Notes under the pieces: model-generated | Databases searched by the model: none | Seen by the model: only the letters and a program-made list of their open reading frames with translations | Told to the model about the DNA's origin: nothing | In this document: piece by piece, positions 51,144-60,618 of the stretch | How positions within the stretch are numbered: the stretch's first letter is position 1 | How the letters are laid out: the number at the start of each line of letters is the position of its first letter | Translations under genes and position numbers: made by a program | From: an uncultured virus (IMG/VR IMGVR_UViG_3300042691_042722) | Lineage: Duplodnaviria > Heunggongvirae > Uroviricota > Caudoviricetes | Length of the DNA: 64,000 nucleotides | Direction: 5' to 3' (one strand) | IMG/VR virus record: IMGVR_UViG_3300042691_042722

Positions 51144-51170
51144 AAGGGAGACGACGGTCTCCCTTTTTTC
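51144..51170 (+). terminator. intrinsic terminator
   Basis: AAGGGAGAC-gacg-GTCTCCCTT followed by a T-run. Confidence 0.85.
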
Positions 51171-51217
51171 ATACCCGGTATTTTCTTTTCTAAATTTTTT
51201 TTCTTATCATTTGAAAT

Positions 51218-52246
51218 ATGAAATACGATTTTAATGATATAGTAATTGTTCCGGAAATTCTCACAAACATAAGATCTAGAAGTGAAGTGAACCCTTTTGA
51301 TAATTATGGTAATTTACCACTATTTGTGGCTCCGATGGATAGCGTTTTGGACACATTTAATTACAAATCATTTCTGAAAGAAGGTATTAATGTTTGTATG
51401 CCGAGAAATAAGTTAGTTTGGGATCAGGGATGTTTTCATTCTTTATCTTTGGAAGATTTTGAGGATTATATCAAAAACTATAAAGGTAAGGAATTAAAAT
51501 TCACACAAAATAAAAGAATATTAGTTGATATTGCCAACGGACATATGGGTAAACTATATTCACTTTGTCAAGAATTTATGGGTAGTGATTTATCGGAAAG
51601 TCACGAGTTAATGATTGGTAATATTGCAAATCCCAAAACATACGAAAAATATGCTCAGTTAGGTGTTGATTATGTTAGAGTGGGTATTGGCGGTGGAAGT
51701 GCTTGTTTAACATCCGCAAATACCGGTGTTCATTATCCTATGGCTTCTTTAATTTCTGAATGTTACGAAATTAAAAAATCTAACAACTTTCAAACTAAAA
51801 TTGTTGCGGATGGAGGGTTCACCAATTTTGATGAGATTATTAAGGCGTTGGCTTTAGGATCTGATTATGTTATGTTGGGGGGAATTTTTAGTCAGTGTTT
51901 GGAGTCCTGTTCAAAAACAAAAATATTAAATTTAATCCCGATTCCGGAAAGTAAAAAAACAATAATATGGGATAAGTACCCATTCATTAGAAAGTTTTTA
52001 ACAAAGTCATATCGTGGGATGAGCACAAAACAAGTTCAAAAAGATTGGAATAGAAAAACATTAAAAACCGCTGAAGGTATTGTAAAAACTAACCCGGTAA
52101 GGTATAAATTAACTTCTTGGGTTGAAAATTTTACGGATTATCTTAAGTCTGCGATGTCTTATACCAATTCAACCACGCTTGAAGATTTCAAAAAATCTCA
52201 ATATATTTTAATAACACAAAATGCTTTTAAAAGATTCAAAAAATAA
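51218..52246 (+). CDS. GMP reductase / IMP dehydrogenase family protein (no CBS domains)
   Basis: DFNDI.IVP, APMD, VDIANGH, VRVGIGGGSACLT, IVADGG, KALALGSDYVMLG, YRGMS, LKSAMSY. Confidence 0.85.
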   Translation: MKYDFNDIVIVPEILTNIRSRSEVNPFDNYGNLPLFVAPMDSVLDTFNYKSFLKEGINVCMPRNKLVWDQGCFHSLSLEDFEDYIKNYKGKELKFTQNKRILVDIANGHMGKLYSLCQEFMGSDLSESHELMIGNIANPKTYEKYAQLGVDYVRVGIGGGSACLTSANTGVHYPMASLISECYEIKKSNNFQTKIVADGGFTNFDEIIKALALGSDYVMLGGIFSQCLESCSKTKILNLIPIPESKKTIIWDKYPFIRKFLTKSYRGMSTKQVQKDWNRKTLKTAEGIVKTNPVRYKLTSWVENFTDYLKSAMSYTNSTTLEDFKKSQYILITQNAFKRFKK

Positions 52247-52250
52247 TATT

Positions 52251-53324
52251 ATGTCAAGAATATCAGAATTAAAAAAACAAAATCCGGTTTGTAATATGTC
52301 TCTTATTGACTGTCTGTCATTACTATTCGGAAAAACCAAGTATGTTGATTTATACTTAAAATTTGATAAAGATTATAAATCTGAAAATAAAAACTATGAG
52401 GAGGAATTGGATGATTTTTTCAGAACAAATGAAATTGAATGTCTTCTAACAATTGATGAACTGACTCTATATGACAAATATGTTTTATATAGATATATTA
52501 GTGGTATTTTTAACATGGAAACCATAAAAATGATGAACACATTCATTGATCTAAATGAAAGAAATTTGATTGAACAGAATGATATCACAAAATATAAAAG
52601 TATTGATGATATGATTAATCAAATATCTCTCGCTCAGTTAAAAACAATTGGAAAGGATCTTGAAAAATTCATTATTAAACTCATAGATGATGAAGAATGG
52701 CTAATATTAAAACCATTAAGTTGGGAAGCATCAAAAAAATATGGAGCAAACACAAAATGGTGTACAACTTCATATGACACCGATGACTATTTTTACAAAT
52801 ATTCAAAAAATGGGGTGTTAATCTATATGATTAACAAAAAAACCGGGTATAAAGTCGCATCATATAATGCAAAGGATGAAGGAATTAGTTTTTGGAATCA
52901 AAAAGATCAAAGAATAGACTCCATGGAAACATTATTACCGGAAGACATAAAATTGTTTTTGATAAAACATCACACTGAAGAGAAATTGAAACCTAATTTT
53001 GAATATCTCAGTATTGAAGAACGAGAAGAAATAATGAAAAGTCGTGATATATCTAGACATTCATTGCGTGTTGTTCCAATTGAAGAAACACCTGTACAAG
53101 TTGGAGATTATTTTCAAGATATGGAAATGGATACCATCACTCCGGAAATAGATCTTGAAATGATGCAAAGAGAGGTATTAAGAATGAGTAGTGAAAATTT
53201 ACCATTACCTCCTGAAGAAGTGACTATTGATTTAACATTATTTAATACTACAGGAACTGCAACAGTTGTTCATAATGGAAATACTTGGGTGACTAATACT
53301 ACCACTAATGTTCAATTGGATTAA
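52251..53324 (+). CDS. conserved phage protein (ASKKYGANTKWCTT motif)
   Basis: PL..EAS.KYG..TKWC motif. Confidence 0.6.
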   Translation: MSRISELKKQNPVCNMSLIDCLSLLFGKTKYVDLYLKFDKDYKSENKNYEEELDDFFRTNEIECLLTIDELTLYDKYVLYRYISGIFNMETIKMMNTFIDLNERNLIEQNDITKYKSIDDMINQISLAQLKTIGKDLEKFIIKLIDDEEWLILKPLSWEASKKYGANTKWCTTSYDTDDYFYKYSKNGVLIYMINKKTGYKVASYNAKDEGISFWNQKDQRIDSMETLLPEDIKLFLIKHHTEEKLKPNFEYLSIEEREEIMKSRDISRHSLRVVPIEETPVQVGDYFQDMEMDTITPEIDLEMMQREVLRMSSENLPLPPEEVTIDLTLFNTTGTATVVHNGNTWVTNTTTNVQLD

Positions 53325-53735
53325 TTACCAAGTTCTACAAGCCCAATAACGAGGTTTCCAACGAGGTCCGGGATTATCGCAGTTATGTCTAGCCCTGAAA
53401 GATCTTCTTCTTTCAGGGTTATTCTTTTTAATTACCATTCTTTTACCTTTTGCCGATTTACCACCAAAACCGAAGTTCACTTTAACTACCTTACCTTTAT
53501 CGTTTTTAACAAAAACTTTGAATTTTTTAACATCCCCTTGCATAATCTTACCAAGTTGTACCTTTCTTCCTTTATATTCCGCCTCATTAATAACACCATT
53601 AGATTTAAAATCGGTGTCTTCAACAGATCCGTAAATATCTTCATAAATTAATTCATCAGATTTTTCATTTTGGATTTCTTTGATTATATTTTTAATCAAA
53701 TTTGATAAGTCGGATTCTGTTAGTCGTATTTTCAT
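53325..53735 (-). CDS. IRLTESDL-leader + basic domain (RRSFRARHNC..YWAC..W)
   Basis: Leader; internal VINEA junction. Confidence 0.7.
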   Translation of the reverse strand: MKIRLTESDLSNLIKNIIKEIQNEKSDELIYEDIYGSVEDTDFKSNGVINEAEYKGRKVQLGKIMQGDVKKFKVFVKNDKGKVVKVNFGFGGKSAKGKRMVIKKNNPERRRSFRARHNCDNPGPRWKPRYWACRTW

Positions 53736-53790
53736 AAAAAAACTTTTCTATAAATATCTTAACTTAGTTTTTTTTTATTATATTTGGTAA

Positions 53791-54189
53791 ATGAAAGAAT
53801 TAATATTATTACGAGGATTACCCGGATCAGGGAAAAGTACATTGGCCAAACTATTAGTCGGTAATAAAGATTATTGCCATAAGGAGGCAGATATGTATTT
53901 TGTTGATCGGGATGGTAATTACAAATTTGATCCATCAAAAATAAAGGACGCACATGCTTGGTGTCAAGAAGAGATTGAATTTACAATGAAATATGAGCAC
54001 TCTCCGGTTGTAGTTTCTAACACATTCACTCAAGAGTGGGAAATAAATACGTATTACGAATTAGCATCAAAATATGGTTACAGAGTTCACTCAATAGTAG
54101 TTGAAAACAGACATGGAGGGGTTAATGAACACGGGGTTCCTGATGATAAACTTGAAATAATGAAAAATAGATTTGAAATAAAATTATGA
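53791..54189 (+). CDS. P-loop kinase (AAA_33/polynucleotide-kinase-like)
   Basis: LRGLPGSGKST, EAD, VVSNTF, HGVP. Confidence 0.8.
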   Translation: MKELILLRGLPGSGKSTLAKLLVGNKDYCHKEADMYFVDRDGNYKFDPSKIKDAHAWCQEEIEFTMKYEHSPVVVSNTFTQEWEINTYYELASKYGYRVHSIVVENRHGGVNEHGVPDDKLEIMKNRFEIKL

Positions 54190-54422
54190 TAAAATTTTTA
54201 GCCTTATTGTTTTCAACATTTGTATTGGCCCTCAGGTTCTATGTTATTTATAAATTAATGCAATGGTTAGTTATAAATTACAATAATAACAATCCTTCTT
54301 TTTCAAGTATATATTGGTTTTTAGGGGTCATGTTTTTGGATATTTATATAGTTTCATTAGAAAAATCAAATAGTGCTGATATTTATTTTGAAAAAGAGGA
54401 TGAAAAAAACAGTATTAAATGA
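54186..54422 (+). CDS. small membrane protein
   Basis: Two hydrophobic segments; ATGA overlap. Confidence 0.5.
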   Translation: MIKFLALLFSTFVLALRFYVIYKLMQWLVINYNNNNPSFSSIYWFLGVMFLDIYIVSLEKSNSADIYFEKEDEKNSIK

Positions 54423-55167
54423 AATACACGAATTCAAAAAATTATCTGGTTCCTTAAACGAGAGTACCGATAAATACGCTCAACTTTATTCGGATATTTT
54501 GAAGTTATCAACGACAGCTTCAGAATCAATGAAAAAAAATGAGTATTTTATAAAACTAATCAATTTTTTCAAAGATTTATTACCATCCAATTTCACTTTA
54601 CCGGTTCAACCCACATCAACCACAGGTTCGGCTCCAATCTCATTACCATCAGGCCAAAAAATGACTCTGAAAAATTCAACAGATCAACAAATTGTTGATG
54701 TTGCAATGCAAAATGGATTTGAACCTGAGGCGGCGTTATTAGTTGCCGCTCAAGTAAGATTAGAAACTGCAGATTATAGTTCTTGTATAATGAAATGTAA
54801 TAACAATTTGTTTGGAATGAAATTCGTCGGTCAGGCTTTAGCAAAAAGAGGAACTTTAGCTCCAAATAAAGAAGTTAGTAAAGGTTGTAAACCAAATAAG
54901 TACGTAGGTTCGTGTGATTGTGAAAGAACTGGAGATGGTTGTATTGATAGTGACCACTACGCACGTTATAATTCTGTTAGTGATAGTATCAGTGACGCAA
55001 TTACAAGATTATTTGAGAAAACTAGAAAAGGAGTAACTCCAGAACAACTGAAAACCGCAAAAACTCCTGAAGAGTATGCCGATCTTCAAAAACAGAGAGG
55101 ATATTTCGGTGCTTCCGCAAGTGAATATGCGGCCGGACTCAAATCAAAGTTGAAAAAAATAATTTAA
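54400..55167 (+). CDS. leader + GH73/glucosaminidase-like hydrolase, paralog of 5444
   Basis: AQVRLETADY.S..MKCNNNLFGMK; YARYNSVSDS; GVTP..LK. Confidence 0.65.
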   Translation: MKKTVLNEIHEFKKLSGSLNESTDKYAQLYSDILKLSTTASESMKKNEYFIKLINFFKDLLPSNFTLPVQPTSTTGSAPISLPSGQKMTLKNSTDQQIVDVAMQNGFEPEAALLVAAQVRLETADYSSCIMKCNNNLFGMKFVGQALAKRGTLAPNKEVSKGCKPNKYVGSCDCERTGDGCIDSDHYARYNSVSDSISDAITRLFEKTRKGVTPEQLKTAKTPEEYADLQKQRGYFGASASEYAAGLKSKLKKII

Positions 55168-56258
55168 TCTTGACTTGGCTTCAAAACAGTCATCGCTTCC
55201 GGGTAATCAACACTCAATAATTTCTCATTTTTACTTTCATAAGGTATGTTTTGCAAAATATACCTGATTGCATTTAACCCGGAAACTTTTTTGTCAATAG
55301 AATCTAATATCACCCAAGGATGATTGATTGTGGATGTCCGATCAAATAGTTTTTCTTTAAATTCTGTGAATCTGTCCCATAAATCTTGCATTCTAGCATC
55401 GTTAGGTGAGTATTTCCAATATTTTAAAGGTGAATTCTGTCTCATCTCAAACCTTTTAGCTTGGGTTTCTTTATCAATTGAAAACCAAAGCTTAAAAAGA
55501 TAATCTCCATCCTTTACTAGTTCATTTTCAAAGTTTTCAACACCATCCATGAAATTTTGATACTCTTCTTCACTCCCATAACCCATAACAGGTTCAACTA
55601 AACCTCTATTATACCAACTTCTATCAAATAAATTTATTTTTCCTTTTTCAACTTGGGATTCATACCTTTTCCACCAATTTTTTCTTTCTTCAGGAGTCGG
55701 TATACCTAATGCAATTACTTTATACCCCCTTGGATTCATATTTTCTGTAAATTTTTTGATTGTTGACCCTTTTCCGGCGCTATCTCTACCTTCAAAAACA
55801 ACAATTACTGTCTTTTTTGTTTTATTTAACCATTCTTGAAGTTTGAGAAGCTCAACTTGAAGCCAATAAAGTTCCTTTTTGAACACTTTTTTTGGTAAAA
55901 TTGAAGGTTCATCAAAATCTAAGTCAAATTCGTCACTTTCCGGCTCTATTTGATAGATACCTTTTTCTCGGTTTTTGAGCGAATTGAGAACTTTTTCAAA
56001 ATATTCACCAACATTTTTTCTTTTATTACCTTTTTTTAATAAAACCTTCTTTAAACCTCTTTCTAAAAGGTCAAAATCTATAATTTGTTCACTGGAAAGT
56101 TCAATTATTTGATTTAAAAGTTCATCAAGGGTTGAACTCATCATATCATTGAAACTCAATATGTTGCGTATACTCTGAATGTGTTTTTCATCCAAACTTT
56201 CAGATAAATCCCCCATAATTGTCCGGATTTTTTTAATTTCTTGGATTATTTTTTTCAT
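55164..56258 (-). CDS. ppk2: polyphosphate kinase 2 with N-terminal leader/extension
   Basis: LQVELLKLQ, FEGRDSAGKGSTIK, FDRSWYNR, KLWFSI, PLKYWKYSPND. Confidence 0.9.
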   Translation of the reverse strand: MKKIIQEIKKIRTIMGDLSESLDEKHIQSIRNILSFNDMMSSTLDELLNQIIELSSEQIIDFDLLERGLKKVLLKKGNKRKNVGEYFEKVLNSLKNREKGIYQIEPESDEFDLDFDEPSILPKKVFKKELYWLQVELLKLQEWLNKTKKTVIVVFEGRDSAGKGSTIKKFTENMNPRGYKVIALGIPTPEERKNWWKRYESQVEKGKINLFDRSWYNRGLVEPVMGYGSEEEYQNFMDGVENFENELVKDGDYLFKLWFSIDKETQAKRFEMRQNSPLKYWKYSPNDARMQDLWDRFTEFKEKLFDRTSTINHPWVILDSIDKKVSGLNAIRYILQNIPYESKNEKLLSVDYPEAMTVLKPSQD

Positions 56259-56334
56259 ATTTTCGTCAAAATTAGGGTTTTTTCACTCAAAAAAAAGTTT
56301 TTGCCCATTTATAAATATTTCGTATCTTTGTATT

Positions 56335-56748
56335 ATGAACAGATCCAAATATAACGTCAAAAAAGCAACAAAAATCGCTAAATTAGCTTACCAGTGGTGT
56401 GAAAACCGGTTCGGACACCCATTGAAGACCGCTATTTGCGAATTTAAGGTCTCACAAGACAAAAGAGTTAGTCAGATGCTCGGATATTATATGGAACGTG
56501 AAATAAAGATATTCGTTCATAACACTAAATCGTATTCTGAGGTCATGCGGACTGTAATTCACGAATATACCCATTACCTTCAAATGCCTAAATTGTCAGA
56601 TAATAGCAAATATTGTAAGTTAGACGAGAAATATGGTTATTTTGACAATCCAATGGAAGTGGAGGCGAGAGATTCCGAGGCGATCTACATAGGAACTTGT
56701 AAAAGTTATGTTTATTCAAAACTACAGAAATCCAAAAAAAAGTATTAA
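56335..56748 (+). CDS. HEXXH zinc metallopeptidase-like protein
   Basis: TVIHEYTHYLQ...Y..NPMEVEAR; TATCTTTG 4 nt upstream. Confidence 0.7.
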   Translation: MNRSKYNVKKATKIAKLAYQWCENRFGHPLKTAICEFKVSQDKRVSQMLGYYMEREIKIFVHNTKSYSEVMRTVIHEYTHYLQMPKLSDNSKYCKLDEKYGYFDNPMEVEARDSEAIYIGTCKSYVYSKLQKSKKKY

Positions 56749-56757
56749 ATTTGTTTT

Positions 56758-57327
56758 ATGAAAAAGTTTTTCAATAAATTAAAGTGGTGGTTCAAACAGG
56801 ATGCTAAATACGCTCACAGGGATTTTGCCAAAGGTGTAAAAAATCTTGTTCGCTGGTTTCCTACCATTTGGAAGGATAGAGATTGGGATGATCATTTCAT
56901 ATGGATCCTTCTTGAGAAAAAACTTACACATCAATCCAATTACACTCTCACAAGAGGTAGACATTTGGATGCGACAAGAGATGCTCAACGTATGATGACT
57001 TGTGTTCGTCTCATACAAAAAGTTAGAGAAGAATATTACCATATGGAATATATGGATTATCAAAAAAATGAGTTCCATTGGGATGATGTTCCTGAAAGAC
57101 CCAATAACAAACAACTCCGGATAGAAGAAATTTCAGATAATCTTGATGATTACTTCAAAAAGTATCCTCGCACTTACAGAAAAGTTTTCAGTGAGTTCAC
57201 TTTGGAAGAAAAAAGAAGATCCGATAAAAGAAAAATTGCAATGTATATGGGTCGCGAAAACCATAACAGAGCGAAAAAACTTTTATTCAAAATGATGGAA
57301 CAACACATTGAATCTTGGTGGGATTAA
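56758..57327 (+). CDS. conserved phage hypothetical protein
   Basis: WFPTIWKDRDWD...IESWWD; TAAATTTG 4 nt upstream. Confidence 0.7.
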   Translation: MKKFFNKLKWWFKQDAKYAHRDFAKGVKNLVRWFPTIWKDRDWDDHFIWILLEKKLTHQSNYTLTRGRHLDATRDAQRMMTCVRLIQKVREEYYHMEYMDYQKNEFHWDDVPERPNNKQLRIEEISDNLDDYFKKYPRTYRKVFSEFTLEEKRRSDKRKIAMYMGRENHNRAKKLLFKMMEQHIESWWD

Positions 57328-57340
57328 AAAATTATTATAT

Positions 57341-57493
57341 ATGAAGTTTTTTTTGGTTTTTTTAATTATGTTTTTGTTTGTTGCAATTATCTCCTGGCTT
57401 TGGGTTACCGGAATTGATAATATGAAAAAGAATCATCCGGATTACAAGGGAGAAGATTTCTTGAATTGGGAAGATGATGAATACGAAAATTAA
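57341..57493 (+). CDS. small single-TM protein
   Basis: TM followed by GIDNM..NHPDYKGEDF. Confidence 0.55.
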   Translation: MKFFLVFLIMFLFVAIISWLWVTGIDNMKKNHPDYKGEDFLNWEDDEYEN

Positions 57494-57498
57494 ATTTT

Positions 57499-58200
57499 AT
57501 GGCATATTTGAATACACCTATTCCTATTGTTGAGGGATATATAAGAGGTAACTTTTTAAGGAACCAAGAAGATTCTTTTGATAAAAAATTTCCCTGTTAT
57601 ATTTTCGGGATGTGTTCCATACCATCCCAAGCACCATTATTTCATTTTATGATGGAAGATGGGGCATTATGGTGGAGGATGCCAATTCACGCATTTTGTT
57701 GGAAAGATGATGCACCTGAACAAGAACTTGATGAGTTAGTATTGTGGGATTCTTTCTCTTACCACGTTGGTGTAACCTCATATCCAATACTAAAAAATAA
57801 GGTTGTTAAGTTCATATCCCGGAGAAGACAGAAATATCAGGGAAGATACCTTTTTACATTAGATTGGGCTAGTTCCTCTGATTCATCAGATACCGATTTT
57901 CTTTTAAGTGAATTTCCTTCTCAACATAAATGCGGTCATTTCATTGCAATGGATAACGGAAACTTCGCAATTCAACCAAATAATCGACTAACAATACACG
58001 ATCCATCTTTTACGATAAAAGAAGATTTAGTTATACAAAGAAAATATAACACAACTTTGTGGACGGCAGAAAGAAATTCAAGATGGGTAACTCCCGATAC
58101 AGATATTATGAACTACGATCATACAGATCTTGGAATGGGTGAGAGTAATAAATCAAGATCTGACTTATATAACAATATTGACAATGATAGTTCAGTTTAA
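57499..58200 (+). CDS. conserved hypothetical protein
   Basis: 233-aa ORF; YLFTLDW, QHKCGH, GNFAIQPNNR. Confidence 0.7.
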   Translation: MAYLNTPIPIVEGYIRGNFLRNQEDSFDKKFPCYIFGMCSIPSQAPLFHFMMEDGALWWRMPIHAFCWKDDAPEQELDELVLWDSFSYHVGVTSYPILKNKVVKFISRRRQKYQGRYLFTLDWASSSDSSDTDFLLSEFPSQHKCGHFIAMDNGNFAIQPNNRLTIHDPSFTIKEDLVIQRKYNTTLWTAERNSRWVTPDTDIMNYDHTDLGMGESNKSRSDLYNNIDNDSSV

Positions 58201-58804
58201 TCACGAAAATGGATTTACAAAAGATGGTAGGGTTTATTGTGAGGTATTTTGTGTTCCTATTTCAGAATCATGCGATGAATTACTTAGTTCCGGATGGAAC
58301 CCATCTATGGAAGAAAAGGGAGTTTGGTATCAATCAAGGAGTTCAAGAATAGATTTAACAAAATATCACATATCAAACCAAAGAAAAAACTTTATCAAAA
58401 AATTAGAAAAAAAAATATTTGATTATAAAAAAGATAATCAAATAGATGAGTTCTTTTTTTTATTCTACGATACTAAAAATTATGATATAAAGGATTTGTA
58501 TTTGAATTGTAGTGATTTTTTTTCTATAAAAATATTGGAAGTTAAATATAAAGATGAGATCGTAGCGTATGCTAGATACGTAGAAAATTTACAGTCAAAT
58601 CTGTTCCTAAATTTGGCCTACATTGATAGATATCCAAAACTATCTTTGGGGACTAATTTATTTCATATTTTAGCGGATATAACAAAATCTCAAAATAAAA
58701 ACTATTTATACATATATGAGACTTACGACGATATTTATACCTATAAACAAAAATTTTCCGGTGTAGAAATTTGGGACGGAATAAAATGGAATTCAAATGA
58801 ATGA
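58184..58804 (+). CDS. GNAT-fold protein, aminoacyl-tRNA-protein transferase (ATE1/Bpt)-like
   Basis: LL..GW...WYQSRSSRIDL, YPKLSLG, YLYI...Y..YK..F.G.E.W. Confidence 0.45.
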   Translation: MIVQFNHENGFTKDGRVYCEVFCVPISESCDELLSSGWNPSMEEKGVWYQSRSSRIDLTKYHISNQRKNFIKKLEKKIFDYKKDNQIDEFFFLFYDTKNYDIKDLYLNCSDFFSIKILEVKYKDEIVAYARYVENLQSNLFLNLAYIDRYPKLSLGTNLFHILADITKSQNKNYLYIYETYDDIYTYKQKFSGVEIWDGIKWNSNE

Positions 58805-59516
58805 TGCTAATTATAAAAACATTGATAAGACCATAGAAATACTAAAAAATTTCAAAAAAGTTCTTTTTCTGACATGCTCTAACAGATATGAAGAAATAGA
58901 AAAAAAACAAACTCCAAAATCCACGATACTTGCGGAAGTTATTGCCGATAATTTAGATAACGTCACCCTTATAAATGTTCCTGAACTCAATATATACCCT
59001 TGTGAGGGAAATGTTTCAAGAGAAGACGGGAATAAGTGTGGGATTAAAGAAGCTTTATTAAAAGACAAAGAAAAAAACCCATCTGGTTACCATAGATGTT
59101 GGGCATCACTTCATAATGAAGATGATGAACTATGGAAAATATCTAAAGAATTATTTGAATCTGATTGTATAATATTTTTTGCTTCGGTGAGATGGGGTCA
59201 AGCCAATATGTATTATCAAAAATTAATTGAAAGATTAAATTGGATAAATAATAGATTTGTTCCTTTAGGTGAAAATAATATTATCAAGGATATTACATCC
59301 GGGTTTGTAATTGTTGGTCAACACGAAAATGCTGATGTTGTTTGTAAACTTCAATACGAAGTTCACGATTATTATGGATTCAAACCAAATAAGGATCTTT
59401 ATTGGTGTTGGATGGCCGAAGATATTGAATATGATGATGAAACTTTGAAAGGGTATTTAGAAAGTTATCCAAAATTTTACAAAATGTTTAGAATAAAAAA
59501 AATAGAAAATGAATAA
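58797..59516 (+). CDS. flavodoxin-fold NADPH-dependent FMN reductase / Fe-S flavoprotein-like
   Basis: TCSNR, LNIYPCEG, DDE......L.ESD.IIF...V.WG.....Q.LIERL. Confidence 0.7.
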   Translation: MNDANYKNIDKTIEILKNFKKVLFLTCSNRYEEIEKKQTPKSTILAEVIADNLDNVTLINVPELNIYPCEGNVSREDGNKCGIKEALLKDKEKNPSGYHRCWASLHNEDDELWKISKELFESDCIIFFASVRWGQANMYYQKLIERLNWINNRFVPLGENNIIKDITSGFVIVGQHENADVVCKLQYEVHDYYGFKPNKDLYWCWMAEDIEYDDETLKGYLESYPKFYKMFRIKKIENE

Positions 59517-59754
59517 GATACTTTTGGTAATTGCTCTTTTAATGATGATACTCTACATAGGTAAGAGACATCAATATATTCGATTAGAAGAACAAATGAA
59601 TCAAACTCAACGAATTTCTGACTCGTTGAGATCTGAATTATTTACTTCCGATGTCCAACTAAACCGATATCAAATGACACTTGAGTTAATGAGAGAAAAT
59701 GACTCAACCTGTTCTATATTATTTGAAGAAATAATGAGTATGGAAACAGAATAA
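59509..59754 (+). CDS. N-terminally anchored coiled-coil protein (spanin-like?)
   Basis: TM helix followed by coiled coil. Confidence 0.45.
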   Translation: MNKILLVIALLMMILYIGKRHQYIRLEEQMNQTQRISDSLRSELFTSDVQLNRYQMTLELMRENDSTCSILFEEIMSMETE

Positions 59755-59901
59755 TTACTCGGTTTCGTAATATTCTGTGTTGTCTGTCCAACATTTGTGA
59801 CAAACATATTTATCGTGTGGTTCGGTATCATTTTCATCCCAAGACCATCCACAATTTTTACATTCTATTTGATCATCTTCGAAAAATTTGGATAATTCCA
59901 T
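59755..59901 (-). CDS. small zinc-ribbon protein
   Basis: CKNCGWSW...YVCHKC; TATTTAT 4 nt upstream. Confidence 0.6.
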   Translation of the reverse strand: MELSKFFEDDQIECKNCGWSWDENDTEPHDKYVCHKCWTDNTEYYETE

Positions 59902-59922
59902 AATTATAAATATATTTGTGTG

Positions 59923-60585
59923 ATGAAAAGAGAAATAACATTTATAAGTGATACTCACGGTAAACACCAAGAGTTGAATAACGACCTTACCGGAGGATGG
60001 ATGATAATACATTGCGGTGATGTTAGTAACAGAGGTTTGATCAGTGAAATAAACTCTTTTACTGATTGGTTTAGTAATTTACCTTACGAGCACAAGATCT
60101 TCATTGCCGGTAATCACGATTTCGGATTTGAAGATGTAAGACATAAATACGATCCCGCACCTTTCATCCCAAAAAATGTAATTTATCTCCAAGATGAAAT
60201 GGTTGAAATTGACGGAATCAAAATCTATGGTAGCCCTTGGCAACCAAGATTCTATAATTGGGCCTTTAACGTTGATAGAGGAGATGCAATCGCTAAAAAA
60301 TGGGCACTGATCCCCGGTAATGCGGACATTGTAGTCACTCACGGTCCCGTTCACGGGGTTCTGGATGACACCGTTCAAGGAGAAAGAGTAGGTTGTGAAG
60401 ATCTTTACACAAGATTGATGGACATCAAACCAAAAATTCACGCTTGTGGTCACATCCACTATGGTTATGGTGTCAGAGATCACGAAGGTGTTACTTTTGT
60501 AAATGCCAGTAGTCTTGGTGAAAGATACACCTACATCAACAAACCAATCGTATTAGATTACGATCAAGAAATTCCACCTCTTTAG
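59923..60585 (+). CDS. metallophosphoesterase
   Basis: ISDTH, HCGD, AGNHD, VTHGP, CGHIH. Confidence 0.9.
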   Translation: MKREITFISDTHGKHQELNNDLTGGWMIIHCGDVSNRGLISEINSFTDWFSNLPYEHKIFIAGNHDFGFEDVRHKYDPAPFIPKNVIYLQDEMVEIDGIKIYGSPWQPRFYNWAFNVDRGDAIAKKWALIPGNADIVVTHGPVHGVLDDTVQGERVGCEDLYTRLMDIKPKIHACGHIHYGYGVRDHEGVTFVNASSLGERYTYINKPIVLDYDQEIPPL

Positions 60586-60618
60586 GTGGTTTTTCTTTTT
60601 CATTATATTTATTAGAGT

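Noticed and set aside
50886..51170. tmRNA, purine riboswitch or group I intron
   Set aside because: No tag ORF ending in AA, and no recognisable purine aptamer core or intron P7 elements by eye; an Infernal search is needed to exclude these fully.
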